Assembly: GCA_965652295.1 (NCBI GenBank)
Contig: CBFGTS010000001.1
Span: 288,001 to 352,000, forward strand
Reading direction: 5' to 3'
Length of the DNA: 64,000 nucleotides
Origin: an uncultured Haloferula sp.
Lineage (GTDB): Bacteria; Verrucomicrobiota; Verrucomicrobiia; Verrucomicrobiales; Akkermansiaceae
The number at the start of each line of letters is the position of its first letter. Position 1 is the stretch's first letter. The translations under genes were made by a program, and so were the position numbers. Of this stretch, positions 18,890 through 27,335 are shown piece after piece. The notes under the pieces were generated by a model. That model had not been told where the DNA came from. It ran no database searches and saw nothing but the letters and a program-made list of their open reading frames with translations.

Positions 18890-19897
18890 TCAGTTCACGC
18901 TGAGGCTCGGCCCGTCCGCGGCCACCCGGATGCGGGCATCGATGCCGCTCACTCCCGGCAGCGCGCGGGCGTTGGCGAGACAGGCTTCCCGCGCGGCCCG
19001 GGTGGGCACATGGCCGTCGATCGTGAGGCGGCTGCCCACGAATCCAGCGACCAGATGGCTGCCGTGCAGTCGCGGATCGGCCTCCGTGACGAGATCGAAT
19101 ACCTTGAGAATGTCGGAGGTCTGATACTCCTTCGCACCGATGCCAGCGAGGGCGAGGCCGGCATCGATGGCGATTCCACGGGTGTTGCACTCCATCACGC
19201 CGGAGACCAGCGAGTGAAGGAGCAGGCGGTCTTTCTCCTCCGGTGAGGCCACCGATCCATCGATAGTCAGCACGCCATTGGAAAAACGGGGAACCAGCCC
19301 GTAGCGGGCGAAGATGGGATCATCCGCGTAGTTCATCAGAAGTTGGGCTTCGATCGCCCCGGCGGGACGCAGGCGGAAAGGATCGTGAAGGACCCGCACC
19401 TCGATTTCACGGATGCCAGCGACCCGTGAAACGAGCTCGCGAGCAATCTCCCCCTCGTCGAAGCAGCCGACCTTCCCGGCGATGACCGCCGAGCCGTCGG
19501 GGGAAACCCGGACATCCAGCGAGGTATTGGCGAGCGCGGGGGAACGCGCCATCATTTCGCGCGCGGTGGGCTCGGCCTTGCCGACCGGGCCCCGCACATG
19601 AAGGCCCTGCACCACGCCGAAGACCTCGTCCATGCGCATGGTGGCGGCGGCGATGTATTCGGCTTGGTCGAGCGTTCGAGTGGTGCCGCGGAGGTGCGCG
19701 ATGTGGTCGTTGATCTCGACTTTGAAGTCCGCGCCCTCAAGCCGTCCACTCGTTTCCACGAAAGAGAGGAGGCGTTCGGCCGGGCCGTCGGTGGTCGGGG
19801 GAAGTTCGGTTCCAGAGGACGTCGTGAGGTCGATGGCCACGCAAACGGCGGCAATCACGATCGGACGGAGGAAGGAGGTCCGCGTCGGGGTTTTCAT
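18890..19897 (-). CDS. Multi-BON-domain periplasmic protein
   Basis: Signal-like N-terminus; about four BON-like units (e.g. LTIDGHV...A...ARALPGVSGIDARI). Confidence 0.75.
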   Translation of the reverse strand: MKTPTRTSFLRPIVIAAVCVAIDLTTSSGTELPPTTDGPAERLLSFVETSGRLEGADFKVEINDHIAHLRGTTRTLDQAEYIAAATMRMDEVFGVVQGLHVRGPVGKAEPTAREMMARSPALANTSLDVRVSPDGSAVIAGKVGCFDEGEIARELVSRVAGIREIEVRVLHDPFRLRPAGAIEAQLLMNYADDPIFARYGLVPRFSNGVLTIDGSVASPEEKDRLLLHSLVSGVMECNTRGIAIDAGLALAGIGAKEYQTSDILKVFDLVTEADPRLHGSHLVAGFVGSRLTIDGHVPTRAAREACLANARALPGVSGIDARIRVAADGPSLSVN

Positions 19898-19908
19898 GCA
19901 ACCTCATC

Positions 19909-19924
19909 CGCAAGCCCTGTGCCG
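19909..19924 (-). promoter_or_regulatory. Sigma54-type -24/-12 promoter of the BON gene
   Basis: Minus strand CGGCAC-AGGGC-TTGCG, close to TGGCAC-N5-TTGC; GC lies 12 nt before the ATG. Confidence 0.7.
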
Positions 19925-20055
19925 TGCCGGGGGCGAACTCATAACAGGCTAGATCTCAGTGTCTCGCGAAAGAGCATTTCTTTTGGGGGGCGAGGAGCCG
20001 GATCGGGGCGGGGGATCCTGCATCGCTCCGGCGTGCGAAACGCAGGCCGCGCTGC

Positions 20056-20085
20056 AAAAAAGCGCGGCCTCAAAAGAGGCCGCGC
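20056..20085 (-). terminator. Intrinsic terminator after the fasciclin gene
   Basis: Minus strand GCGCGGCCTC-TTTT-GAGGCCGCGC-TTTTTT. Confidence 0.85.
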
Positions 20086-20119
20086 CTGATGATAAGTTTG
20101 GATGAATTGCGAAGGCGGC

Positions 20120-20683
20120 TCAGTCCGCTTCGAGTTCGGCGATGCCGTCGAGCGCTTCAGGCACCACGACTTTGTCGATCACGTGGATCACGCCGTTACC
20201 GGCTTCGATGTCGGCATTCACGACTTTGGCCTCTTCGATTTCCACCTGCTTGCCTTCAACATCGATTTCCATCATGTCGCCGCTCATGGCCTTGAGTTCC
20301 TGATCCTTGATGGACGCGGACATCATTTTGCCCGGGAACACGTGGCTGAGGAGGAGCTGGCGGAGCTTCAACTTGTTCTCCGGTGCGAGAAGGGCGGTCA
20401 GGGCACCTTCCGGCAGGGCGCGGAAGGCGTCATCGGTGGGCGCGAAGACGGTGACGGACCCCGCATTGCTCAGGTCTTCTTGCAAGCCGGCGGCCTCGAT
20501 CGCGCTCTCAAGAAGCTGGAAGGTGGCACCGTCCTGAATCGCTTTGAAAACGTTCTCCGACATCTGGGGATCGACCATGATCGAGGAGGTGTCGGTGGTG
20601 GATTCGTCGTTGGTGTCCTGAGCCAGGGCGGCGGGTCCGGCGACGGGAATGGCAAGCATGAGGGCGAGTTCGGTAAGTTTCAT
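20120..20683 (-). CDS. Fasciclin (FAS1) domain protein
   Basis: TVFAPTDDAF, LLSHV, NGVIHVIDKV motifs; signal peptide; start moved to ATG 20683. Confidence 0.95.
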   Translation of the reverse strand: MKLTELALMLAIPVAGPAALAQDTNDESTTDTSSIMVDPQMSENVFKAIQDGATFQLLESAIEAAGLQEDLSNAGSVTVFAPTDDAFRALPEGALTALLAPENKLKLRQLLLSHVFPGKMMSASIKDQELKAMSGDMMEIDVEGKQVEIEEAKVVNADIEAGNGVIHVIDKVVVPEALDGIAELEAD

Positions 20684-20746
20684 TGTGATAATTCGGTTTG
20701 GGATGGGGGCGGACTCCATGGCCCGCGATCCGTTGCCGTTCTGTTT

Positions 20747-20762
20747 TGCAGGCGACGATCCA
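20747..20762 (-). promoter_or_regulatory. Sigma54-type promoter of the fasciclin gene
   Basis: Minus strand TGG-ATCGTCGCCT-GCA (GG-N10-GC); IHF-like TAAGATGCTGATT at 20780-20792. Confidence 0.5.
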
Positions 20763-20940
20763 AGTAGATGGAGTTTGCGTAAGATGCTGATTAATAGGGG
20801 GTAATAAAAGGTGTGGTGGCGGTGGCCGTTCGCCTCTCAAGGGCACATCGCGCCGCGTAAAATGCAGGCTGCAATGGTCGTTGCACGTCGCCGTCCGGGC
20901 GGGTTGACACCTCGGCCGAGGAGACTATTTTTCGCGCCCG

Positions 20941-22785
20941 ATGAGCACGACGACTTCCGAAAAGCATGGGTTCCAGGCCGAGATCCAGCAGCTCCTCGAC
21001 TTGGTCGTTCACTCCCTCTACACCGACCGTGAGATCTTTCTCCGCGAGCTGGTGTCGAACGCGTCCGACGCGATGGAAAAGCTGCGGCATATTGAGGCGA
21101 CGGAGAAAGACATCCATGACTCCGGCCTGCCGCTGGAGGTGACGATCACCGCGGACAAGGAGGCGGGAACGCTGACGATCGAGGATCGCGGCATCGGCAT
21201 GACGCGTGAGGAGCTGGTGGAGAATCTGGGCACGATCGCCCATTCGGGCACCAAGGCGTTTCTCCAGTCGATGAAGGAAAGCGGCAGCACGCCGGCGGGG
21301 ATGATCGGGCAGTTCGGCGTCGGGTTCTATTCAGCCTTCATGGTGGCGGATGAGGTCAAGGTCTTCACCCGCAGCTGGCGCAAGGAGGGCGAGGGCCTGG
21401 TCTGGACCAGCGATGGCAAGACCGGCTACGAAATTGAAGCGGCCGAGGGCGTGGCGCGCGGCACGAAGATCGTGCTGAAGCTGAAGGAGGATCAGAAGGA
21501 ATACGCCGAGGACTACCGCGTGAAGCACCTCGTCGAGACTTACAGCAATTTCGTCGGCTTCCCCGTGATGGTCGATGGCAAGCGCGTCAATGAGATCGAG
21601 GCGCTGTGGCTGAAGAACAAGAGCGAGATCAGCGACGAAGAATACAAGGCGTTCTACCAGTTCCAGGCGAAGGCCTTCGACGAGCCGCAATACCGCCTGC
21701 ACTTCGCGGCGGATGCGCCGATCGCGATCAACGCGCTGCTTTTCGTGCCGTCGGAAAACCCGGAGCGGATGGGCTTCGGCAAGGTGGATGCCGGCGTGGC
21801 GCTCTACTGCAAGAAGGTGATGATCGATCCCGAGCCGAAGGGCCTGCTGCCCGAGTGGCTGCGTTTCATGAAGGGGGTCATCGATAGCGCCGACCTGCCG
21901 CTGAACATTTCCCGCGAGTCGATGCAGGACAGCGCGTTGGTGCGGAAAATCGGCACGGTGATCGTCAAGCGCGTGCTGAAGATGTTCGAGAAGGAGGCCG
22001 AGGGCGATCCGGAGAAATGGCAGGCGTTCTACAAGAAGTTCGAGCGTTTCTTCAAGGAAGGCATCGCCACCGATTTCGCCCACAAGGAGGCGTTGGCGAA
22101 GCTGCTACGCTTCGAAAGCTCGATGACCGAAGCTGGCAAGCTGACCGGCCTCGCCGACTACCTGACCCGCGCCAAGGACGGGCAGGACAAGATCTACTAC
22201 ATCGTCGGCAGCAACCGCGATCAGATCGAGGCCAGCCCCTACCTCGAAGGCTTCCGCAAGCGCGGGCTGGAGGTGGTGTATTTCACCGATGCGGTGGACG
22301 AGTATGTGGTCGATTCGCTCGGTGAGTTCGACGGCAAGAAGCTGGTTTCCGTTTCGAAAGCGGGCGTGGAACTGGAGGATGCCGAGCTGGAGGGCGAGTC
22401 GCTTTCCGAGGAGGAAACGAAGGCCCTGTGCGAGTTCCTCCAGTCCGAGTTCGGTGACCGTGTGACCAAGGTCGAAGCCGGCAAGCGTCTGGTCGATAGC
22501 CCGGTCGTCGCCCTGACCCCCGAGGATGCCATGACGCCGCAGATGCGGGCCATGATGAAGGCGATGGACGAGAACTTCAGTGACGAGGTGAAAGTCGAGC
22601 TGGAGATCAATCCGCGCCACGAGATCATCCGCAAGCTCGCTGCGGCGAAGGATGCCTCTCCGGAGACCGCGAAGTTGGTCGCCGGTCAGCTTCTCGACAA
22701 CGCCCTGATGGCCGCCGGTCTGCTCGAAGATGCCCGTGAAACCGTCAAGCGTATGAACGCGCTGATGGCGAAGGCGCTGGGGTGA
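20941..22785 (+). CDS. htpG: Hsp90 chaperone HtpG
   Basis: FLRELVSNASDA, NLGTIAHSGT, IGQFGVGFYS, LPLNISRE. Confidence 0.98.
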   Translation: MSTTTSEKHGFQAEIQQLLDLVVHSLYTDREIFLRELVSNASDAMEKLRHIEATEKDIHDSGLPLEVTITADKEAGTLTIEDRGIGMTREELVENLGTIAHSGTKAFLQSMKESGSTPAGMIGQFGVGFYSAFMVADEVKVFTRSWRKEGEGLVWTSDGKTGYEIEAAEGVARGTKIVLKLKEDQKEYAEDYRVKHLVETYSNFVGFPVMVDGKRVNEIEALWLKNKSEISDEEYKAFYQFQAKAFDEPQYRLHFAADAPIAINALLFVPSENPERMGFGKVDAGVALYCKKVMIDPEPKGLLPEWLRFMKGVIDSADLPLNISRESMQDSALVRKIGTVIVKRVLKMFEKEAEGDPEKWQAFYKKFERFFKEGIATDFAHKEALAKLLRFESSMTEAGKLTGLADYLTRAKDGQDKIYYIVGSNRDQIEASPYLEGFRKRGLEVVYFTDAVDEYVVDSLGEFDGKKLVSVSKAGVELEDAELEGESLSEEETKALCEFLQSEFGDRVTKVEAGKRLVDSPVVALTPEDAMTPQMRAMMKAMDENFSDEVKVELEINPRHEIIRKLAAAKDASPETAKLVAGQLLDNALMAAGLLEDARETVKRMNALMAKALG

Positions 22786-22788
22786 GGT

Positions 22789-22860
22789 GTGGCGGCGGAT
22801 TGCATCCGCCATGCTCAGTCATGGGCCCGGTGCGGCGTGGCGGATGCAATCCGCCGCCAC
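22789..22860. repeat. Inverted pair of REP-like palindromes (REPIN-like)
   Basis: GTGGCGGCGGATTGCATCCGCCATGC at 22789-22814 and its near reverse complement at 22835-22860. Confidence 0.8.
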
Positions 22861-22926
22861 GGGGAGGCTGACCGCCGGCATGGAAAAGCGCTGGAAGCCG
22901 GGAAGGGTGACAGCTATGTTTCGACC

Positions 22927-23145
22927 ATGGCAGCGTCCGAGAAAGTCCGCGAACTCGCTGAGAGCTACACCGAACTGAGCCCTGAGGAGAGAAGCGAGTT
23001 CCTCTCCCTCGTGGCCCCGGACGATGGCGCGGAGCTGAGCGGCGAATGGCTCACCGAGCTTCGCAGCCGTGCGGACGACATCGATTCCGGGCGGGTGCAG
23101 CTCATGGATGGTGAGGATTTCTTGCGACGCTTGAACGCCATTTGA
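22927..23145 (+). CDS. Putative addiction-module antitoxin component
   Basis: 72 aa acidic protein; LSPEER...W..EL..R...IDSGRV resembles TIGR02574-type antitoxins. Confidence 0.8.
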   Translation: MAASEKVRELAESYTELSPEERSEFLSLVAPDDGAELSGEWLTELRSRADDIDSGRVQLMDGEDFLRRLNAI

Positions 23146-23149
23146 GATA

Positions 23150-23378
23150 CTTCTGCCATTCCGCCTGCACCCCGAGGCCGATGCGGAGGGTATCGGCGTA
23201 GCTCGGCACATCGACTTCGAGGATCCTCGGCAGGGACTTCTTTTCCGGCGGGCCCTTTCCGAAGCTCTGGAGTGGGCACGCCGCGGCCCCCTGATTTTCC
23301 GCTGTTTCGATTCTCGCCGTGGCTCAGATGAGCCGGCGGCCCGGCTACTGGAAGGACCGCTCGCGAGGCTGGCCTTGA
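23150..23378 (+). pseudogene. ParE/RelE-like toxin remnant (internal deletion and frameshift)
   Basis: One frame gives LPFRLHPEADAE...F...L...GP; another gives ILAVAQMSRRPGYWKDR; central part missing; no canonical start. Confidence 0.7.
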
Positions 23379-23393
23379 GCTGATTTTCGCTTG

Positions 23394-23419
23394 GCATGGC
23401 GGATGCAATCCGCTGCCAC
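23394..23419 (-). repeat. Third REP-like copy
   Basis: GCATGGCGGATGCAATCCGCTGCCAC, one mismatch from the reverse complement of 22789-22814. Confidence 0.8.
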
Positions 23420-23436
23420 TGTGGTAGACCTCCGCG

Positions 23437-25998
23437 GTGCGTTTGCCGGTTTTTGAGATCGAGGAGGAACTGAAGGCTGCGGTGGCTGGGGGCGACCGGG
23501 TGAGGGTGTTGCTGAAGGCCCCGACGGGGTCGGGGAAATCGACGGCGGTGCCGGGAATGATCCGGGACGCGGGGCTGGAGGGGACGATCCTGGTGATCGA
23601 GCCGCGGCGGATGGCGGCGCGGCTGCTGGCGGGATGGGTGGCGAAGCAGCGCGGGAGTTCGGTCGGTGGGGAAGTGGGTTATGCGGTGCGTTTCGATACG
23701 AAGTATGGCCGGGAGACGAAGATCGTGTTCCTGACCGATGGGGTGTTCCAGCGGTGGATCCAGGACGACCCGGAGCTGAGGGGCGTGTCGGCGGTGGTGT
23801 TCGATGAATTCCACGAGCGGCGGCTGGCGGTGGATGTGGCGTTGGGGAGGTGCCTTGAGTTGCAGGAGAAGTCCCGCAGGGATCTGGCGGTGGTGGTGAT
23901 GTCAGCGACGCTGGAGACGGCCGGGTTGGCGGAGTATTTGGGGGAAACGCGGCGGGTGTTGGAAGCAGGTGGGCGGACGTATCCGGTGGAGATCGGGTAT
24001 CGGCCGTCGAAGCCGGTGAGGGATCGGATGGGGCGGATGGTGGAGCCGCCGGTGTGGGAGCAGGTGGCGGCGGCGTGCCGGGAGGCGCTGGCGGACGCGG
24101 AGTGTGGCGACGTGCTGTGTTTTCTGCCGGGGATGCACGAGATTCGGAAAACGGAGGAGCTGCTGCGGAATGCTTCGTGGACGCGCGGGCGGGAGATCTA
24201 CCCCTTGCATAGTAGTTTGCCGCCGGCGGCGCAGGAGGCGGCGGTGTCATCGGGCGGCCCACCGAAGATCATCGTTTCAACCAACGTGGCGGAGACCTCG
24301 CTGACGATCGAGGGCGTGCGGACGGTGATCGATGCGGGGCTTGCGCGGGTGTCGGGTTTCGACGCGCGACGGGGAATCGGGACGCTGCTGGTGAAGAAGA
24401 TTTCGCGGGCGGCGGCGGACCAGCGGGCGGGTCGCGCGGGGCGGACGGCTCCGGGGCGGTGCTTCCGGCTGTGGAGCGCGGCGGATCATGCGCGGCGCGA
24501 AGGCTTCGAGGTGCCGGAGGTGCACCGGGTGGATCTTTCGGAAACGACGCTGCTGCTGAAGGCGAGCGGGGTGGAGGATGTGGCGGAGTTCCGCTGGTTG
24601 GATGCGCCGCGACCCGACGCGTTGGAGCGGGCGGAAAGCCTTCTTCACGGACTGGGGGCGACGGATTTGCACGGGAGGCTCACGGAGGAGGGTCGGGCGA
24701 TGGCTTCGCTGCCGCTGGAGCCGCGGTTCGCACGGCTGATGATGGCGGGGGTGGAGCATGGCTGCGTGGCGGAGATGGCCTTCGTTTGCGCGGCGGTGCA
24801 GGGCGAGGGGATCTGGGTGGGGAAGTGTGGGATCGGGATGAAGGATTTCGTGGAAGTACGGGATTACTCGGATTTCCAAGCGGAGTGGCGCGGGTTCGGC
24901 TCGGCGGAGGCGATGCAGTTCGACCCGCGGCGGGTGTCGCAGCTCGGCATCCACGGCCGGGGCGCGCGGGAGGTGGCGCAGGGGTTCGAGCGGCTGAAAC
25001 GGCTGGCCTTGCAACGTGGCTGGCCGGTAGAGGCGGTGAATTTCGAGGGAAAGAAGGACGCGGTGGGGAAGGCGATGCTGGCGGGCTTCAGCGACCGGCT
25101 GGGCGTGCGTTTCGGTGAGGCGACCCTGGCGTGCCGGATGGTGGGGAACCGCCGCGGCAAGCTGGACGAGCACAGCGCGGCGAAGCGGGCGACGGCCTTC
25201 GTGGCGGCGGAAATGACGGAAGTGGAGGGCCGCGAAGTGATCACCCACCTGAAACGGGCGACTGCGGTGGAGCTGGAGTGGCTGCGCGAGCTGTTCCCGG
25301 AGGATTTGGCGGAGGTGGACGAAGCGGCCTGGGACGATACGCGGCGGCGGGTGGTGGGCCGGAAGCAGCTGCGTTTCCGCGATCTGGTGTTGGAGAGCAA
25401 GGACGTCGATCAGAACGTGAACCTGGACGCGGCGGCGGAACTGCTGGCGGAGCGGGTGCTGTCGGGTGAGCTGGTTTTGAAGAAATGGGACGCGGCGGTG
25501 GAGCAGTGGTGCGCACGGCTGGCCTGTCTTTCCGAATGGATGCCGGAGCTGGAGCTGCCGACGTGGACGGATGAGGACAAGGCGGCTGCGGTGGCTCAGA
25601 TCTGCCACGGGGCGGTGAGCTACAAGGAGATCAAGGAACGTCCGGTGTGGCCGGTCCTGAAGGATTGGCTGAGCGCCCCGCAGCAGGCGGCGCTGGAGGC
25701 ATACGCACCGGAACGGCTGAAGCTGGCGAACGGGCAGACCCCGAAGGTGACCTACGAGGCGGGGCAGGACGCGCGGATCGGGCTGCGGGTGCGGGATCTC
25801 TTCGGGGTGTGGGAAACGCCGCGGATCGCCGGCGGGAAGGTGCCGGTGCTGGTCCACGTGCAGGCTCCGAACCAGCGGCCGTGGCAGATGACGAAGGATC
25901 TGGAAAGTTTCTGGAAGAGCGGCTACGCGCAGATGCGCAAAGATTTGGCGGGGCGGTACCCGAAGCACCCGTGGCCGGAGGATCCGCGGGCGCGGTGA
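23437..25998 (+). CDS. hrpB: ATP-dependent helicase HrpB
   Basis: APTGSGKST, DEFHER, MSAT, STNVAETSLTI, QRAGRAGR, C-terminal RYPKHPWP. Confidence 0.95.
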   Translation: MRLPVFEIEEELKAAVAGGDRVRVLLKAPTGSGKSTAVPGMIRDAGLEGTILVIEPRRMAARLLAGWVAKQRGSSVGGEVGYAVRFDTKYGRETKIVFLTDGVFQRWIQDDPELRGVSAVVFDEFHERRLAVDVALGRCLELQEKSRRDLAVVVMSATLETAGLAEYLGETRRVLEAGGRTYPVEIGYRPSKPVRDRMGRMVEPPVWEQVAAACREALADAECGDVLCFLPGMHEIRKTEELLRNASWTRGREIYPLHSSLPPAAQEAAVSSGGPPKIIVSTNVAETSLTIEGVRTVIDAGLARVSGFDARRGIGTLLVKKISRAAADQRAGRAGRTAPGRCFRLWSAADHARREGFEVPEVHRVDLSETTLLLKASGVEDVAEFRWLDAPRPDALERAESLLHGLGATDLHGRLTEEGRAMASLPLEPRFARLMMAGVEHGCVAEMAFVCAAVQGEGIWVGKCGIGMKDFVEVRDYSDFQAEWRGFGSAEAMQFDPRRVSQLGIHGRGAREVAQGFERLKRLALQRGWPVEAVNFEGKKDAVGKAMLAGFSDRLGVRFGEATLACRMVGNRRGKLDEHSAAKRATAFVAAEMTEVEGREVITHLKRATAVELEWLRELFPEDLAEVDEAAWDDTRRRVVGRKQLRFRDLVLESKDVDQNVNLDAAAELLAERVLSGELVLKKWDAAVEQWCARLACLSEWMPELELPTWTDEDKAAAVAQICHGAVSYKEIKERPVWPVLKDWLSAPQQAALEAYAPERLKLANGQTPKVTYEAGQDARIGLRVRDLFGVWETPRIAGGKVPVLVHVQAPNQRPWQMTKDLESFWKSGYAQMRKDLAGRYPKHPWPEDPRAR

Positions 25999-26008
25999 GG
26001 GCTGGCTT

Positions 26009-27220
26009 TCACGAAGCGTAGGCGTCGCGGTAGCGCAGGACGGGATCGCCGGGGGCGTGGGGATGGCAGATGCGCTCGATCATTTCGTCCCAGTCGTCGT
26101 GACCTTCGAGGATATCGACCTCGATCCGCAGGAACCAGATCGGCACGGCGGGATCGGTGGGGCGCGGGAAACGGACGGCGTCCTTTTCGGTGGTGAGGAT
26201 CATTTCCATGTCGCGCTCGACGCAGCGGGTCATGAAGGCGTCGATCTCCTTGCGGGTGAAACGGTAGTGGTCGGGGAAATGGCGGCGGATCTCGACGTGA
26301 GCGCCGAGGTTTTCGAGGCTGCGCTCGAAGCTCTCCGGAACGGCGATGCCCGAGATGGCGGCCACCCATTTGTCCTGCAGGTAGCCCAGCTCTTCGCGGC
26401 GGCCGGTGAAGAGCTCCTCAAGATAGCGCGGCCCGTGGGTGCACTGGATGATCGGTGCGTGCCGGTTGTGGCGGCGGATTTCCTCGATCAGGCCGTCGTT
26501 CGGTGAGCCATCGCATTTGGTGAGGAGGATGTACGAGGCGCGGATGAGGTTGGCGGGGGGCTCGCGCAGGGTGCCGCGGGGCAAAAGATGGCCGGTGCCG
26601 TAGGGCGCGGTGCGATCGATGAGGACGATGTCGTTGCCGTGGGCGAGGCGCAGGTATTGCAGGCCGTCATCGAGGACGAGGGTGTCGGCCCCGAGGTGTT
26701 TCACGGCAAAGCGCCCGCCCTTGACGCGATCCTTGTCCACCACGACGGAGACTCCGTCGAGGTTACGAGCGAGCATGAACGGCTCGTCGCCGGCGTATTT
26801 GGAGTCGAGCAGCAGCGCGCGACCGTCCGAAACGACCTTGGGCATGTCCTCCTCCGGCACTGGCTCGCCGGCGGCGTTCTTCCATTTCTGGGTCTCCTTG
26901 AGTTTGCGGCTTTTGTAGCCGCGGGAAAGGATGGCGACCTTGCGGCCACGCTCGCGCAGGGTTTTGGCGAGCATTTCGGTGACGGGGGTCTTGCCGGTGC
27001 CTCCGACGGTGATGTTGCCGATGGAAATGACCTGCGTGCCGAGGTGGGCCTGCTGCTTCCAGCGTTTGCGGAAAATCGTGAGCCGCAGGGCGACGATGCC
27101 GCGCATCAGGACGGAGAGCACGCTCATGGCGAGGCGCATCATGCCGGCACGAAAACCGCGGGCGCGGCCGAAGATGACATCGGCGCCCCAGCGTTCGAGT
27201 TCGGCAAGGTTTTCCTTCAT
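26009..27220 (-). CDS. lpxK: Tetraacyldisaccharide 4'-kinase
   Basis: [44 protein letters not shown]. Confidence 0.95.
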   Translation of the reverse strand: MKENLAELERWGADVIFGRARGFRAGMMRLAMSVLSVLMRGIVALRLTIFRKRWKQQAHLGTQVISIGNITVGGTGKTPVTEMLAKTLRERGRKVAILSRGYKSRKLKETQKWKNAAGEPVPEEDMPKVVSDGRALLLDSKYAGDEPFMLARNLDGVSVVVDKDRVKGGRFAVKHLGADTLVLDDGLQYLRLAHGNDIVLIDRTAPYGTGHLLPRGTLREPPANLIRASYILLTKCDGSPNDGLIEEIRRHNRHAPIIQCTHGPRYLEELFTGRREELGYLQDKWVAAISGIAVPESFERSLENLGAHVEIRRHFPDHYRFTRKEIDAFMTRCVERDMEMILTTEKDAVRFPRPTDPAVPIWFLRIEVDILEGHDDWDEMIERICHPHAPGDPVLRYRDAYAS

Positions 27221-27335
27221 GCGGTGGACGCCAAGGATTCACCGCCAAGACGCGGAGGTCGCCAAGGAAAGAAAGATGCCGCGCAGCGAACAACGCACCG
27301 CGCGGCATCAACCCCGGCCGAACACACCCGTGAAA

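Noticed and set aside
20904..20931. CIRCE (HrcA) element before htpG
   Set aside because: Right arm and spacing deviate too far from TTAGCACTC-N9-GAGTGCTAA
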